Program-made: the position numbers and the translations under genes | Assembly (NCBI GenBank): GCA_964016885.1 | Contig: OZ024740.1 | Location: forward strand, 316,820,001 to 316,884,000 | Source of the DNA: Eledone cirrhosa | Lineage: Eukaryota | DNA length: 64,000 nucleotides | Direction of reading: 5' to 3' | Notes under the pieces: model-generated | The model's input: the letters and a program-made list of their open reading frames with translations, nothing else | What the model was told of the DNA's origin: nothing | Database searches by the model: none | In this document: in pieces, positions 51,062 through 63,914 of the stretch | Layout: every line of letters starts with the position of its first letter | How positions within the stretch are numbered: position 1 is the first letter of the stretch

Positions 51062-51634
51062 GGTAATAACTAAATGGTAACAGTATTACTAGCATTAGTT
51101 CATTGGTGGCCACTCTTGTCTTCACCTGTCTCTATGTTGTTAGCCCCCCACAACAAAACTAACCATCACCACCACTACTACTATACTTCTACTACCATCT
51201 CCACCTCCTCCACCTTTAGAATTACTATAATACACAGATTAAAGAAAAGCTGTTGTGTCTTACTTAGCCAGACACTCTTAGAAATATGTTCAAACCGGCT
51301 AAAACCGGCCAGAATTCTCTACCTCTTTCTGTTGAAACTGGCTGTAACTGGTCGCTCAAACTGATGTTAAAGTATTGTTCTCAAAATAAATACTTTCAAA
51401 ATCTCATAGATTCGATATTAAGTGAGATAATTATGAGAGATAAAGCCTTTACCATGAAAATATAATAGTATATATAAAATAATGTGAATGCTAAAGGGTT
51501 AAGTTATGACTGTTTGTTATCCACTGTTTTGTTATTATACTGTGGAGTATGAGGTCAACTTTGCATTTCATCCTTTCAAGGCTAATAAATTTAGTATTAT
51601 ACTAGTACTGGGATCAATTCTCTTACTCCCTTTC

Positions 51635-51718
<84 letters not shown>

Positions 51719-52602
51719 AGAGAGAGAGGCTCTGTTGGGTTTTATGATGCCCAAGATATGTCAAGAATGTGCCAGAAGGGCAGTGCATTGGCAGAAATAT
51801 TAGAACATCAGATAAAATGCTTCATAATATTTGTGCTGCCTCTTTACATTCATCATCGTCATTGTTTAACATCTGCTATTCCTGCTAGCAAGGGTTCTGA
51901 ATTCAAATCCAGCTGAGGTCAACTTTGCCATACATCCTTCCAGAATCGCTTAAATAAGTACCAGTCAAGTACTGGGGTTGATTTAATCAACCATGTCTTT
52001 TAAAAAAAATTTGCTGGCCTTTGTTGTTAAATTATAAATAGTTATATGTTGGAGTCAGAATATAAAGGACATTGCACATGACTCTTTTGGCAGGGCCTCC
52101 AAGTCTGGTGGGCAAAAAGCAGGGTTACTGTATAGAATGCACTCTGTAAAGAGTTGTCTACAGCCCAGAGACCTGGTCTGAATGTTAGTAACAGAGTGGA
52201 TTCTACTTACAACACTCAAAGGCCAGGTCTTCACATCATTCCACTTCACTTTTCCTTTGACTCTCCAGAGTCATGCTGCACTGCAGGGAGGAGCAGTGTA
52301 CCACCTCCACCCACCCGTCTCCCATATGAACCAGGATTTTAGTTGTTGTTAAGTCTTTACTGATCCATTCTTGGATGTTATCTCACCCATTACTTCTTAT
52401 GAGGGCAATGAAATAAAGTACCAGTTACGTACTGAGGTTGCTATAATTGACTTTCCTCTCCCCACTAAAATTATTGTCCTTGTACTTAAATTAAAAACTA
52501 TTAATTGTTTACATTTGTTCTACTATGCCTTCTCTCGCCTTCTCTCTCTTTCTCTCTCTCTCTTTCTCTCTTTCTTTCTCTCTCTCTCTCTCTTTCTCTC
52601 TT

Positions 52603-52680
<78 letters not shown>

Positions 52681-52816
52681 CACACAGAGGTATCCACAGT
52701 AAGTTGTGGGATCTATTCTGCATGAAGAACTCGATGTAATCCATATGTTGAAAATGTTGTAGGTTAAGATAAATCTCGGAAAACGATAAAACATTAAAAG
52801 GAAAACAGAGTCATGA

Positions 52817-52939
52817 TATAAGTTAAAACAATGAAATAAAAAATCAAGTCATTAGAGATATACTTCACTGCTTTATGATCGTAAAGCAATGAAGTATATC
52901 TCTAATGACTTGATTTTTATTTCATTGTTTTTACTTATA
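52817..52939. repeat. Palindrome with ~61-bp arms centred on GATC (52877-52880)
   Basis: aaacaatgaaataaaaaatcaagtcattagagatatacttca...tgaagtatatctctaatgacttgatttttatttcattgttt. Confidence 0.93.
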
Positions 52940-52952
52940 ACTTATATATATA

Positions 52953-53206
52953 TATTATATTTATTTATGTTTATACACTGAACAAAGGCGCTACCTAAGG
53001 TTTCAAGGCCCAATATTGACCATATCTCCTGAATTTAAGAGGGATCAAAATTGTGACCTAATCTTCAGGCACTTATATGAGTATAAGCTCCTGAAGATTA
53101 GGTCACAATTTCGATCCCTCTTAAATTCAGGAGATATGGTCAGTATCAGGCCTTGAAACCTTAGGTAGTGCTTTTGTTCAGTGTATAAACATAAATAAAT
53201 ATAATA
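52953..53206. repeat. Long inverted repeat: 125-bp arms, 4-nt loop (53078-53081)
   Basis: 52953-53077 is the reverse complement of 53082-53206 with a few mismatches. Confidence 0.95.
53085..53173 (+). ncRNA. Type-I hammerhead-ribozyme-like motif with long stem II (mirror copy on the minus strand at 52986-53074)
   Basis: Core CTGAAGA (53091-53097), long imperfect hairpin, GAAA (53155-53158), stem III CC-tta-GG, GUA triplet (cut after 53167), stem I aagctc/gtgctt (minus copy aagtgc/gcgcct). Confidence 0.6.
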
Positions 53207-53645
53207 CATCAGCTCTCTTTCTGATTGAGCAGTTTTTTTCCTTTTTCCTTTTTCACACCTACTGATATTTCTACACACACATATATATTTGCATACATAC
53301 ACACATATATATTTGCATACATACACACATATATATTTGCATACATACACACATATACATATGTATATATAACTAAGATCCACATGTAAAGTAATATAAT
53401 TCATACAGTGGTTCACTCAACAGTTGACGTATAGATTAGATCCTATTAGGAAGAACTATTGCCTTCTTCCTTCAGATTGTGTAGAATTATTAATAATAAT
53501 TCACATAAAATATATATATCAATATATACATAATATCATATATTTTATATACACAATATTGTGCAGCCATATATCTTAAGTTGTATTTTATAGATTATTT
53601 ATACAGAAGTGAAGATACATACTCAAAAACAACTTTATGGATATC

Positions 53646-53696
<51 letters not shown>

Positions 53697-53796
53697 ATGG
53701 ATAACGATTGAGAGATGAGTATACATAATTTATTCCCACAGAAAAAAAGGGTCATTTAAGGTTATCTGAAAGTTTTTTTTTTACATTTGATATTTG

Positions 53797-53842
<46 letters not shown>

Positions 53843-54324
53843 GGAGAGAGAGAGAGAGAGAGAGAGATGAAAATACATAGTTTATTCCCACAGAAAAAGG
53901 GTCATTTAAGGATTTAAAGTTATCTGAAAGGGTTTTTTATTACATTGGATATTTGTTTTAGGATGAAATGAGATGTGTGCAATTTCAATAAAATCTGTAC
54001 AAACCACAGTCATCTTCTGAAAAGCCAGATTAATGTAATTTTCACATATAGACTTCATTCCCATTATTGAGAGATTGTTTATAAATAATTTATACAGTTT
54101 GAATTGAAAGGAATAACATTTCATTTTTTACCTGAATAACATGTTTTTTTTTGTGTTTGTACATTACTAACTATGGCAACTGTAGATTGTACTGTAGTAA
54201 CTATGGCAACTCTAGATTGTGTTGTGGAAACTGGTAGCTTGTGCTGAAGAAACTGGTATAACCCACAGTAATTGTAGTATGAGATTTGGCAGTTGTAATA
54301 TGGTTTGCAATAAATAACTATGCA

Positions 54325-55935
54325 TGTTATGACAGCTGTGGAAATAGTAACATGTTCCATGATATCTATGGTGTGGTATGTGACAACTGTGGAAATAGTA
54401 ACATGTTCCATGATATCTATGGTGTGGTATGTGACAACTGTGGAAATAGTGACATGTTCCACCATATCTATGGTGTGGTATGTGACAACTGTGGAAATAG
54501 TAACATGTTCCATGATATCTATGGTGTGGTATGTGACAACTGTGGAAATAGTGACATGTTCCACCATATCTATGGTGTGGTATGTGGTGTGGAAATAGTG
54601 ACATGTTCCACCATATCTATGGTGTGGTATGTGACAACTGTGGAAATAGTAACATGATCCACCATATCTATGGTGTGGTATGTGGTGTGGAAATAGTGAC
54701 ATGTTCCACCATATCTATGGTGTGGTATGTGACAGCTGTGGAAATAGTAACATGTTCCACCATATCTATGGTGTGGTATGTGGTGTGGAAATAGTAACAT
54801 GATCCACCATATCTATGGTGTGGTATGTGGTGTGGAAATAGTGACATGTTCCACCATATCTATGGTGTGGTATGTGACAACTGTGGAAATAGTGACATGT
54901 TCCACCATATCTATGGTGTGGTATGTGGTGTGGAAATAGTAACATGATCCACCATATCTATGGTGTGGTATGTGGTGTGGAAATAGTGACATGTTCCACC
55001 ATATCTATGGTGTGGTATGTGACAGCTGTGGAAATAGTAACATGTTCCACCATATCTATGGTGTGGTATGTGGTGTGGAAATAGTAACATGTTCCATGAT
55101 ATCTATGGTGTGGTATGTGACAACTGTGGAAATAGTAACATGATCCACCATATCTATGGTGTGGTATGTGGTGTGGAAATAGTAACATGTTCCACCATAT
55201 CTATGGTGTGGTATGTGGTGTGGAAATAGTAACATGTTCCATGATATCTATGGTGTGGTATGTGACAACTGTGGAAATAGTAACATGATCCACCATATCT
55301 ATGGTGTGGTATGTGGTGTGGAAATAGTGACATGTTCCACCATATCTATGGTGTGGTATGTGGTGTGGAAATAGTGACATGTTCCACCATATCTATGGTG
55401 TGGTATGTGACAGCTGTGGAAATAGTAACATGTTCCACCATATCTATGGTGTGGTATGTGGTGTGGAAATAGTGACATGTTCCACCATATCTATGGTGTG
55501 GTATGTGGTGTGGAAATAGTGACATGTTCCACCATATCTATGGTGTGGTATGTGGTGTGGAAATAGTGACATGTTCCACCATATCTATGGTGTGGTATGT
55601 GATGTGGAAATAGTGACATGTTCCACCATATCTATGGTGTGGTATATGCTGTGGAAATAGTAACATGTTCCACCATATCTGTGGTCTGGTATATGCTGTG
55701 GAAATAGTAACATGTTCCACCATATCTGTGGTGTTGTATATGGTGTGGAAATAGTAACATGTCCACCATATCTATGGTGTGGTATGTGCTGTGGAAATAG
55801 TAACATGTTCCACCATATTTATGGTGTGGCAGCTCTGGAAATAGTAACATGTTCCAACATGTCTATGGTGTGACAGCTGTGGAAATAGTAATATTTCCAC
55901 CATATCTGTGGTGTGGTATGTGACAACTGTGGACA
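54325..55935. repeat. 1.6-kb minisatellite of mixed 51-bp and 47-bp units
   Basis: Units gacaactgtggaaatagtaacatgttccatgatatctatggtgtggtatgt (51) and ggtgtggaaatagtgacatgttccaccatatctatggtgtggtatgt (47), about 32 copies. Confidence 0.97.
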
Positions 55936-56989
55936 TAGTGCTGTTCTAAGTAACACCCTAGCCTCACTCCTTTTTCCATTGTTTTAACTCCTACGTTTTT
56001 CCATCGATAAAAGGTCTGGAAGGTCATGACAACTTCCCTAGTGCTGGTGCCGCAATAAAATATACCCAGTAGAGTGTGGGAAAGTATGTAAGTGAGATGC
56101 AGGCATTTCTGGCCCATCTGAAAAGTCAGTGGCTCTGCTTGAGTACTGACTCAGTCTGTGATGACCCGTCCCACCCTTGCCAGCAGGGAAGACAGGTGTT
56201 AAATGATGAAGATGATGATAATAATAAAAGGCATAACACTGAATTCTCAAACTCCATTATGATAATTTAATATTCTGTTTCAATAATTATATTTAGTGGC
56301 AACAATAGGTTCTTTCCATGACAAGGTTATTTATAAGAAAAGAAAAAAACAAAACATTTCTATTTGTTGATTGATGTATTAATTATTTTACATATTACAT
56401 GTTACCTTGGAGACATGTTGAATGGAGAGGGTGGATCAGATTTAGAGACAGTATCTAGAGTGAGATGTTGAATAGAGGGGTGGATCAGTGACAGTATCTA
56501 GAGTGAGATGTTAAATGGGGATGATAGAACAAAAGGAAGGAAACTTGTGATGGTGTCCGTAAGGCTAACCCTTGCTTTAACAGAGAAAACTCACCTTAAC
56601 GTGCTTGTTATTGTGTTGTATTCTCGGGTTTGTTACCAAGTAGCTACTCTTTTATAATTAAAGATTCTTTAGTTGTATTTTATTGATTAGTTGACTGGCT
56701 GGTTGCCAATTAGACCCACAAGCAATTGTCCATTGTTAATTAGCCTTTACTTCCATTGTCTTGACTTCTGACATCACATCTTGATACTTGTCAATAGAAC
56801 AGGAAACATGCAGTATATATCTTGTTGATTAAACTCATTATCAGTGACTAACTATTTAGAGTTAACCCTTTTGGAATCATATTTCTAACAAAAGGCATTA
56901 ACTATAATTTTCAAATCATTTTGTAAAAAATAATTTAAATTTCTCATTATCTAGCTGGTATTTGAAGCATTATTTAAATGTTCTTAAAG

Positions 56990-57600
56990 CATCATCTGGC
57001 AGGCATGTTTTCACTCAGCCTCTCAGCACCACAGCAGTGCCTGACTTAATGCTGTATCCTTGCTGTTAACTGCTACTCAGCTGGACAGTGACTCTCTGTG
57101 CATCTGTGTTGCCCTAAGGCTTGGTCTCCAGATCTGTGAGCCATACAAATACCACTTTGGAAACTTTTAGCCTTCACCTACTATAATGTCACTAGTGTCA
57201 GCCACCTCCCATGGATATTGCAAGCTTCTCTTCCCAGCTTGAACTGATGGGCTTGACCAAGGAGATAGCAGAAGGCCAGATGGCATCGTGATCATCCCAT
57301 TTTGCGGTGGTAAGCTCTTTATCTGGGATGCAACATGCAGTGATGACACTTTCTTCTGTGACAACTTGTTCCATTGCCTTACAAACTGAAGATTGCAAGC
57401 TACTGAAGTATTGGCCACTCTCCAATATGTTTGTGTCCTTGAGGCCCATACCACCTCCTTACTCAGTGCTATTGAGGAGGAGTTGGCCACCTGTGTGGGG
57501 AGTGAACCTTGTGAGTTGGATTAGCTATTTCAATGCGTCCCTCTCGCCATTCTCCCATGCATTGCTTTCTCCATTCTGTCTGCTTGGATCATGAGGCAGC
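56990..57600 (+). mobile_element. Degenerate CRE-like retrotransposon C-terminal fragment (restriction-like endonuclease)
   Basis: Reading ...LELMGLDQGDSRRPDGIVIIPFCGGKLFIWDATCSD... matches the LEP.GL...D.KRPDG....P...GK...WD.T..D motif; same family as 8560-10230. Confidence 0.75.
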
Positions 57601-59881
57601 TAGCACCTTGGGTTCTGCATGCCACAGAGTGCACCCCTCCCTCCACTCAACCTCTGGGCCTATATCATTGGAGTACTCTTTATTTAGTGTTTAGTTCAAC
57701 ACCATTTATCAGTGTTCTCTCCAGCAACAACCTCATCACACTTATTCCATTGTTGTCCTGCTATGTCACCATTAAATAAAATTATAATAGAAGGTTTACT
57801 CTTTTACCTGTTCCAGCTGACTAACTGAGGCCATGCTGGGGCACCACCACTATTTTGATAAATATAAATACTTTAAAATATGCAATTATGTATCATAGAA
57901 TGAAGGGTTGTTTTAACCATTTTGGTATCAAAAGAGTTAATTGGATGTACTGCTAGTATCTTGTACAATACTGATGCTGTTGTAGTTTTACTGTATTAAT
58001 GTTTAGAATATATTTTATAATAATGGAACAAGTTTTCAGAGCAACCCCTTGTTATTGAGTCCCAGGTGAACCTTGATCAATCAGACCTATAATCAAAGGA
58101 TATTCCAACCATAATCATCATGTCTTTTATTTTCTTAAGCTAGTATATCTAGAAATACATCTTTACCCAGCATGTCATTCTATCTTTAAAGTAGTAAGCT
58201 GTGAAATGAAGAAATTTTGGCTGCTATTTCTAGCATGTCAAGTAACCATGAGATGGTTTTACAAAATGTTTTTTTTTTTAATCTCATTATTGAATGACTG
58301 TATTACTGCACTGCCGCCTTTCACACAACCTGTATTTTATCCTTTGATTGTTTTATAAAACTAACCCTTTTATTTCTTTCAAAAGATTGGATAATTTCTA
58401 TAACAAAAGGTGTTTATTTCTGAGAGTTTTCTATGCACTGTTGCTATAACTATTCAGAATCATATAGTAAGGTTTCCATAGTAACAGTCTTACTACAAAT
58501 CCACTACTTTGTTATACTCTACTATTTAATGTATACAGGGTATGCATGCATGTGTGTGTGTTGTTAGTTTGTAAAGCTGAGATAGTGGGATTTGTTTTTT
58601 CAAGCTATCTGTTATATACACCCCTATGGGGTAGGGAGTATGATATGGTTTTTACCTCTTTTTTTTTGTTGTTGTTTTTGTTGAGGACGAATGATTTGTA
58701 AATAATGACATGGGACAAATAAATAAAATTATCTTTTGTACAAAGAATTTCTTGTTTCTTTCTTAACCCTTTTGATACCAATCTGCTGGAAATGGCCTCT
58801 GGTTTTATAATATATGTTTCATTTATTTCGTTGAATACTTTCAATAACAAATTTTTCCCTCTTGAATTCTTCTTGAGATCACAGCTCCGATACTATGAGC
58901 ATGTCGTTAGAATGTCTCGAGAAAGAATTGCTGGACAGATTTTACAGGCAAAAACCAACCGGCAGGAGACCCAGGGGTAGATCCTGATCAAGATGGTTGG
59001 ATAACATCCATGAGCTTGGCTGGTTTCCCTTGGGGATCCAGCCATACTAGTTGGAGACAGTTGCTTTTGACAGGACCTGCTGGAAGGAGTGTTTGAGGAC
59101 TCTGCTCCCATGACCCTCTCAGAAATAAGTGGGCGAAGCAGAAACCTTTTGATAATGTCATAAATTTTATACTGGAACGTAATGTCATTTCTACAACTAA
59201 GAATTGGCAATTATCATATAACAAATATATGAGATTAAATAGAAGAAAATCGCAATAGAGGTAGACCAAGAAAGACCTGGGCAGAGACAGTGAGAGCTGA
59301 GACTCACACAGGTGATGACAAAGAAACACAGCAAGTGGAGAGCTGCTGTGCTGAGAAGGACACATCCAACCCACGCAAGCATGAAACAACAGACGTAAAA
59401 ACGATGATGATGATGACACATGTAATTAATTAATTATTACTAAGAACGTTATAAATATAATACATAAAAATATAAAATCAAAGCAAGAGAAAAAAATCCA
59501 TCAGTTTAATACTGTGTCAATTAGTCACACACCACAATATGGTACTGTGTGTTTTAAAGTGTTTATATCTAAATTAAAACCTATCATAATTTCATTTAAG
59601 AACATTAAGTAATGTTCCAAACATCAGCTTGATAAAAGTGGTAAGAAACTCTCAGGAGAGCTGGACAGCAGAAAGTCTTCAGGGAAGACCTTCTTTTCAA
59701 ACAAGTTTTTCTGCTATATTACTAAATTCTAACAAATTCTTCATTATTTTCAAAATTAATTAAAACATAGGCAATGTATTTCATTAGAAACATGGGAACA
59801 AAAGGGTTAACCTTTGTTTAGCTTTTTTATTGATTTCAATTGTTGTTATTGAGTAGCTTCAGTCAGATATATTAAACATGC

Positions 59882-60018
59882 CTATAGCATAGTGGTAGTC
59901 AATTGAAGACGATAGTGTAATCAGACTTAAGTACTCTACATCAGTTGTAGCTATAGCATAGAGGTAGTCAATTGAAGATGATGGTGTAATTAGGCTTAAA
60001 CACTCCATGTCAGTTGTA
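59882..60018. repeat. Tandem duplication of ~69 bp
   Basis: ctatagcatag.ggtagtcaattgaaga.gat.gtgtaat.ag.cttaa..actc.a..tcagttgta present twice. Confidence 0.88.
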
Positions 60019-60019
60019 C

Positions 60020-60304
60020 CTATCTAGGTATGATTGAGGATCACTTAATACATATGGAACTAGCTGTTGAAATGGCCAGAGCTCAGCTGTCGGGTCCCAA
60101 CTCTTTATAATATATAATACAACAAGGGTAAAATGTTGAAAGATGAAGATGGTAAAGTTATGCCAAAGAACTTCCAAGCTTAATGTGGTTCCACAATCTG
60201 TAAATAGAATGAACATATTCATCCAAAGTGTAATCCGTATGGAATCAGGAATAATCCAAAGTATTATATGAGTGTAAGTGTACGGATCATTTAAATAATA
60301 AATA
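60020..60304 (-). CDS. Possible isolated internal coding exon of an unidentified hydrophobic protein
   Basis: ttccag acceptor (60305-60306), AG|GTAC donor (60018-60019), 285 nt stop-free, symmetric phase 2-2, unique non-repeat sequence; no partner exons recognised. Confidence 0.3.
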
Positions 60305-60414
60305 CTGGAATTTAGAAGAATTTTAGACATTTTTATTAGTTTTGCGTGTGTTTCAGCAAATGAAAAATGGAAAATTTCATTAAGCTGCATGTATCATCAT
60401 TCATTTCATCATTT

Positions 60415-60740
60415 CATTTTTACGTCCACTTTTCCCTGCTTGCAAGGGTGGGACGGGAACTGATTCTGGCTTGATTTCTACAGCTGGATGCCCTTCCTAA
60501 CACCAACCTCATTTACAGTGAGTGCTGGGTGCTTTTTTGCCGTGGCACCTCCACGACCACTTTGCAGTGGAATGATAGGGACCCCAGTCCCTATCATCTC
60601 ATTTCTACAGCTGAGTAAACTGGAGCAATGTGAAATAAAGTGTCTTGCTCAAGGAAACAACACATCACCCGGTCTGAGAATTGAACTCACAACCTTTTGA
60701 TTGCAAGGCCAATACTCTAACCACTAAGCCATGTGCCTCC
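60415..60740 (-). mobile_element. Full-length tRNA-headed SINE with RTE-type tail
   Basis: Near-identical to 31470-31782. Confidence 0.85.
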
Positions 60741-62004
60741 ATCTGTGTGTATATCATGACTCATACACTGTTCACTTTCCTCACAGTTGTATGTTATTCT
60801 ATGTACTATACATGCAACTTTGATGAATTGTAGTGCACCTGAGCACTGTACACAATCATTTTCATTAATGTTTTTATATTATAGTATATTGGAGGTGGCA
60901 AATTAGCAGAGTCATTAGAAAGTCAAATAGAATATTTTGTTGTTTTAATTTTCAGCTTTGTACACTGAGTTAAAAATCTTGCTGGGGTCAACTTTGCCTT
61001 TCACCCATTTAAAGTTCATAAAAAAAAGTACCAGTCTTGTACTGGGGTCCATTCTTCCTCTATCTTTATCCTTCTCTGGAATAAATCTGCTGTGTTCAGA
61101 CCTGGTGATGGATGGGCTCTGTCAAGCTTAAAATGCCAAGAAACACCATATGTCACTATGGCGACCTTATGACTCTACCAGAAGTTACTGGATCATACTA
61201 TACCATACCATATCATTAAGTTTATGATTTCTTCTCTTCTCCTCACTAATTAATCAACTGACACATTTAATTAACTGAACATTAGTACAGTATTTACAGT
61301 GTCAGTAAAATGTCTTATTAAATCAATTATATAATTAACAGTAATTAGTTATGAATCTAATTAATTAAGAAATCAATATATCAAGGAATACTATGATATA
61401 CATATATTGAAAATAAAATCTTTATCGCAGGAAGTTTTAATAATAATCTTCTTGATATGATACCAGCTTCTTCATTTTGAGCAAATGAGAAAGCCTGTAT
61501 ATGGTTGCTCAATCTGCTAGAAATAGCAGGCAAAATTCTCTCAAATCACACTCTACTGTCTTTTAAAAAATGGTGGGTTTGTCATGGTAGGAAGACCTTG
61601 AGCATAGTTCTGTTCAGTCAGTGTTCCTGAAAAAGTTTTATCTTCCGGGCCTTCCTCCTTCAGGGCCCAAGTAAGGGGCCTCATAACTAGCACAGGGCCT
61701 CATTTGTCTTAAATCCAGTACTGACCATGATTCAAACATGTAGTAAGCATCTAAAACTTGAATTGTTATATATCTTAGTTTGTAGAGAGCAAGTTTCATA
61801 TATCCATAAAGAAGAATTGAGAATTTGTCCCAGCGCTCTGCTAGGCTAGGAGGGTAGAAGATACTTGCCCAAGGTGCAGTGCATTAAAAATTGAACCTGG
61901 AATCACATTGTTTTGAAGCAAGCTTCTTAATCATATGGCCCATTCCTACACCCAGAACAAATGCTGTTGTAAGTGAAGTATAGAAACATTTATATTGAAA
62001 GAGT

Positions 62005-62606
62005 TCACCCTGTAAGGTGGTCATGATAGTGACATGAGAAAGAGCACCTAGTCCACCCTGTAAGGTGGTCATGATGGTGACATGAGAAAGAGCACCCAGT
62101 CCACCCTGTAAGGTGACCATGATGATGACATGAGAAAAATCACCCATTTCACCCTGTAAGGTGTTAGTGCTGATGACATGAAAAAAGCACCCAGTCTACC
62201 CTGTAAGCTGATTGTGATGGTGACATGAGAAAAAGCACCCAGTCCACCTTGTAAGGTGGCCATGATGGTAACATGAGAAAAATCACCCAGTCCACTCTGT
62301 TAAATGGTGCTAGTGACACAATAAAAAATACCCAGCCCACTCTGTAAGGTGGTTGGAATGGTGACACAAGAAAAAGCACCCAGTCCACCCTGTAGGGTGG
62401 TTGTGACGGTGACACAAGAAAAATTACCCAGCCCACCCTGTTAAGTGGTCATTTCAGTGTCATGATAAAAAGCACCCTGTCTACACTGTAACATGGTTGG
62501 TGTTAGGAAGCTGTGGAAATCAAGCCAAAATATAGATCTGTATGAGCAAGGCATGTTCACCTGATCTGAATTGTCTTATAACATGACAACCCACCTTAAC
62601 CCATGC
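62005..62606 (+). mobile_element. RTE-tailed SINE-like element with about ten internal 48-bp repeats
   Basis: Unit agcacccagtccaccctgtaaggtggtcatgatggtgacatgagaaa followed by the ggttggtgttaggaag core. Confidence 0.85.
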
Positions 62607-63883
62607 TCTGATGCTATGGGCATGTGGTTAGAATGTCTCAAGAATGAATCACTGGACAGATTTTACCAACCGGCAAGAAACCCAGGGGTAAACCCTGAGC
62701 AAGAAGGTTGGATAGCATCCACGAGCTTGACTGGTCTCGCTTGGGGATCCAGCTGGATCAGTTGGAGACGGTTGCTTCTGACAGGACCCACTGGAAGGAG
62801 TGTTTGAGACTCTACCCCCATGACCCTCTCAGGAATATGTGGATGAAGAAAAGAAGAAGAAAATGGATTAATGAAACTATCTGTTTCATTCATACATTTT
62901 ATACTCATGCCCACAACAACAACAACAACAACTACAACAACTATAACCAAAAGAAACTAAAAAATATAGAGAAACCATGAGAAAATTGTTAAGATTGTTG
63001 AATTAATTCAAAAATTGTCTCAAGATTTGTGGCTCTATCAAGCCAGGGCTTATGGCAGTTTTATGGGGCGTTAAATGACTGACAGTACAAGCTTTCTCTT
63101 TGGACAAGACATTGAAGTACTGTAGTAAAGTTATTGAATGTTTCTGTCAGACATTCAGTGAATTGATGGCTTCATGTCATATGGATTTCTAATTCTTGTT
63201 TGTTTATGTCTGTTGTAAAAATAGCTTCAGTTATTTTCAGAAAGATTTCAGTTCAGTGCATTCTTTTTTTTTCCTTTTTTTTTTGGCTTTTTTTAAATTT
63301 ATTTATTTATTTATTTTTTTTTTTTGTCTTGCTCAAGATGCTGATAATTGGCTATTGCTATCTTTGTTAGTATAAATCTATATGGAGAGAGAGAGAGAGA
63401 GGGGTAAAACAAGAGAGAGGGGAAGAGAGAAAAGAGATAGAGAGAGAGAGAGATGGGTAGAGTGAGAGAAAGAGAGAGAGAGAGAGAGAGAGATGATTGG
63501 GGGAAGAGAGAGAAGAGAGAGAAATAGAGAGATAGAAAGAAAGAGAGAGATGGAGGAAATCTATATGCAATCCTTTAATGTAGACAATAGGATGTCAGCC
63601 TCTTAACTCATGGTTATTTCCTTCACAAACTATTTACATAAGTATGTTTCAAAGTTTGGAGCCAAGCTTGAGGAATTTGGTTAGTCTTTCGGAAATTTGG
63701 CAAGAGACCACTTGTATTTCATAAATATTCAACAAGGAACCATAGTGGTAGAAAATAGAAAATAGAAATAAGGTTTTTGTCATTCTGGTCCAGTGATTTT
63801 CAGCCTTTTCTGATTCATGGCACACTGAATAATGTGTTAAATGTATTAAAGAATGTTTTAAAAAGTTTTATTATCTCTCTCTG

Positions 63884-63914
<31 letters not shown>

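Noticed and set aside
50695-52794. CV/YI/ER/SL-repeat ORFs
   Set aside because: Dinucleotide microsatellite translations
54121-55850. His/Cys-rich repetitive ORFs and a CRISPR-like appearance
   Set aside because: Pure tandem minisatellite with no unique spacers and no cas genes in a eukaryotic context; 47-bp units shift frame and ORFs occur on both strands
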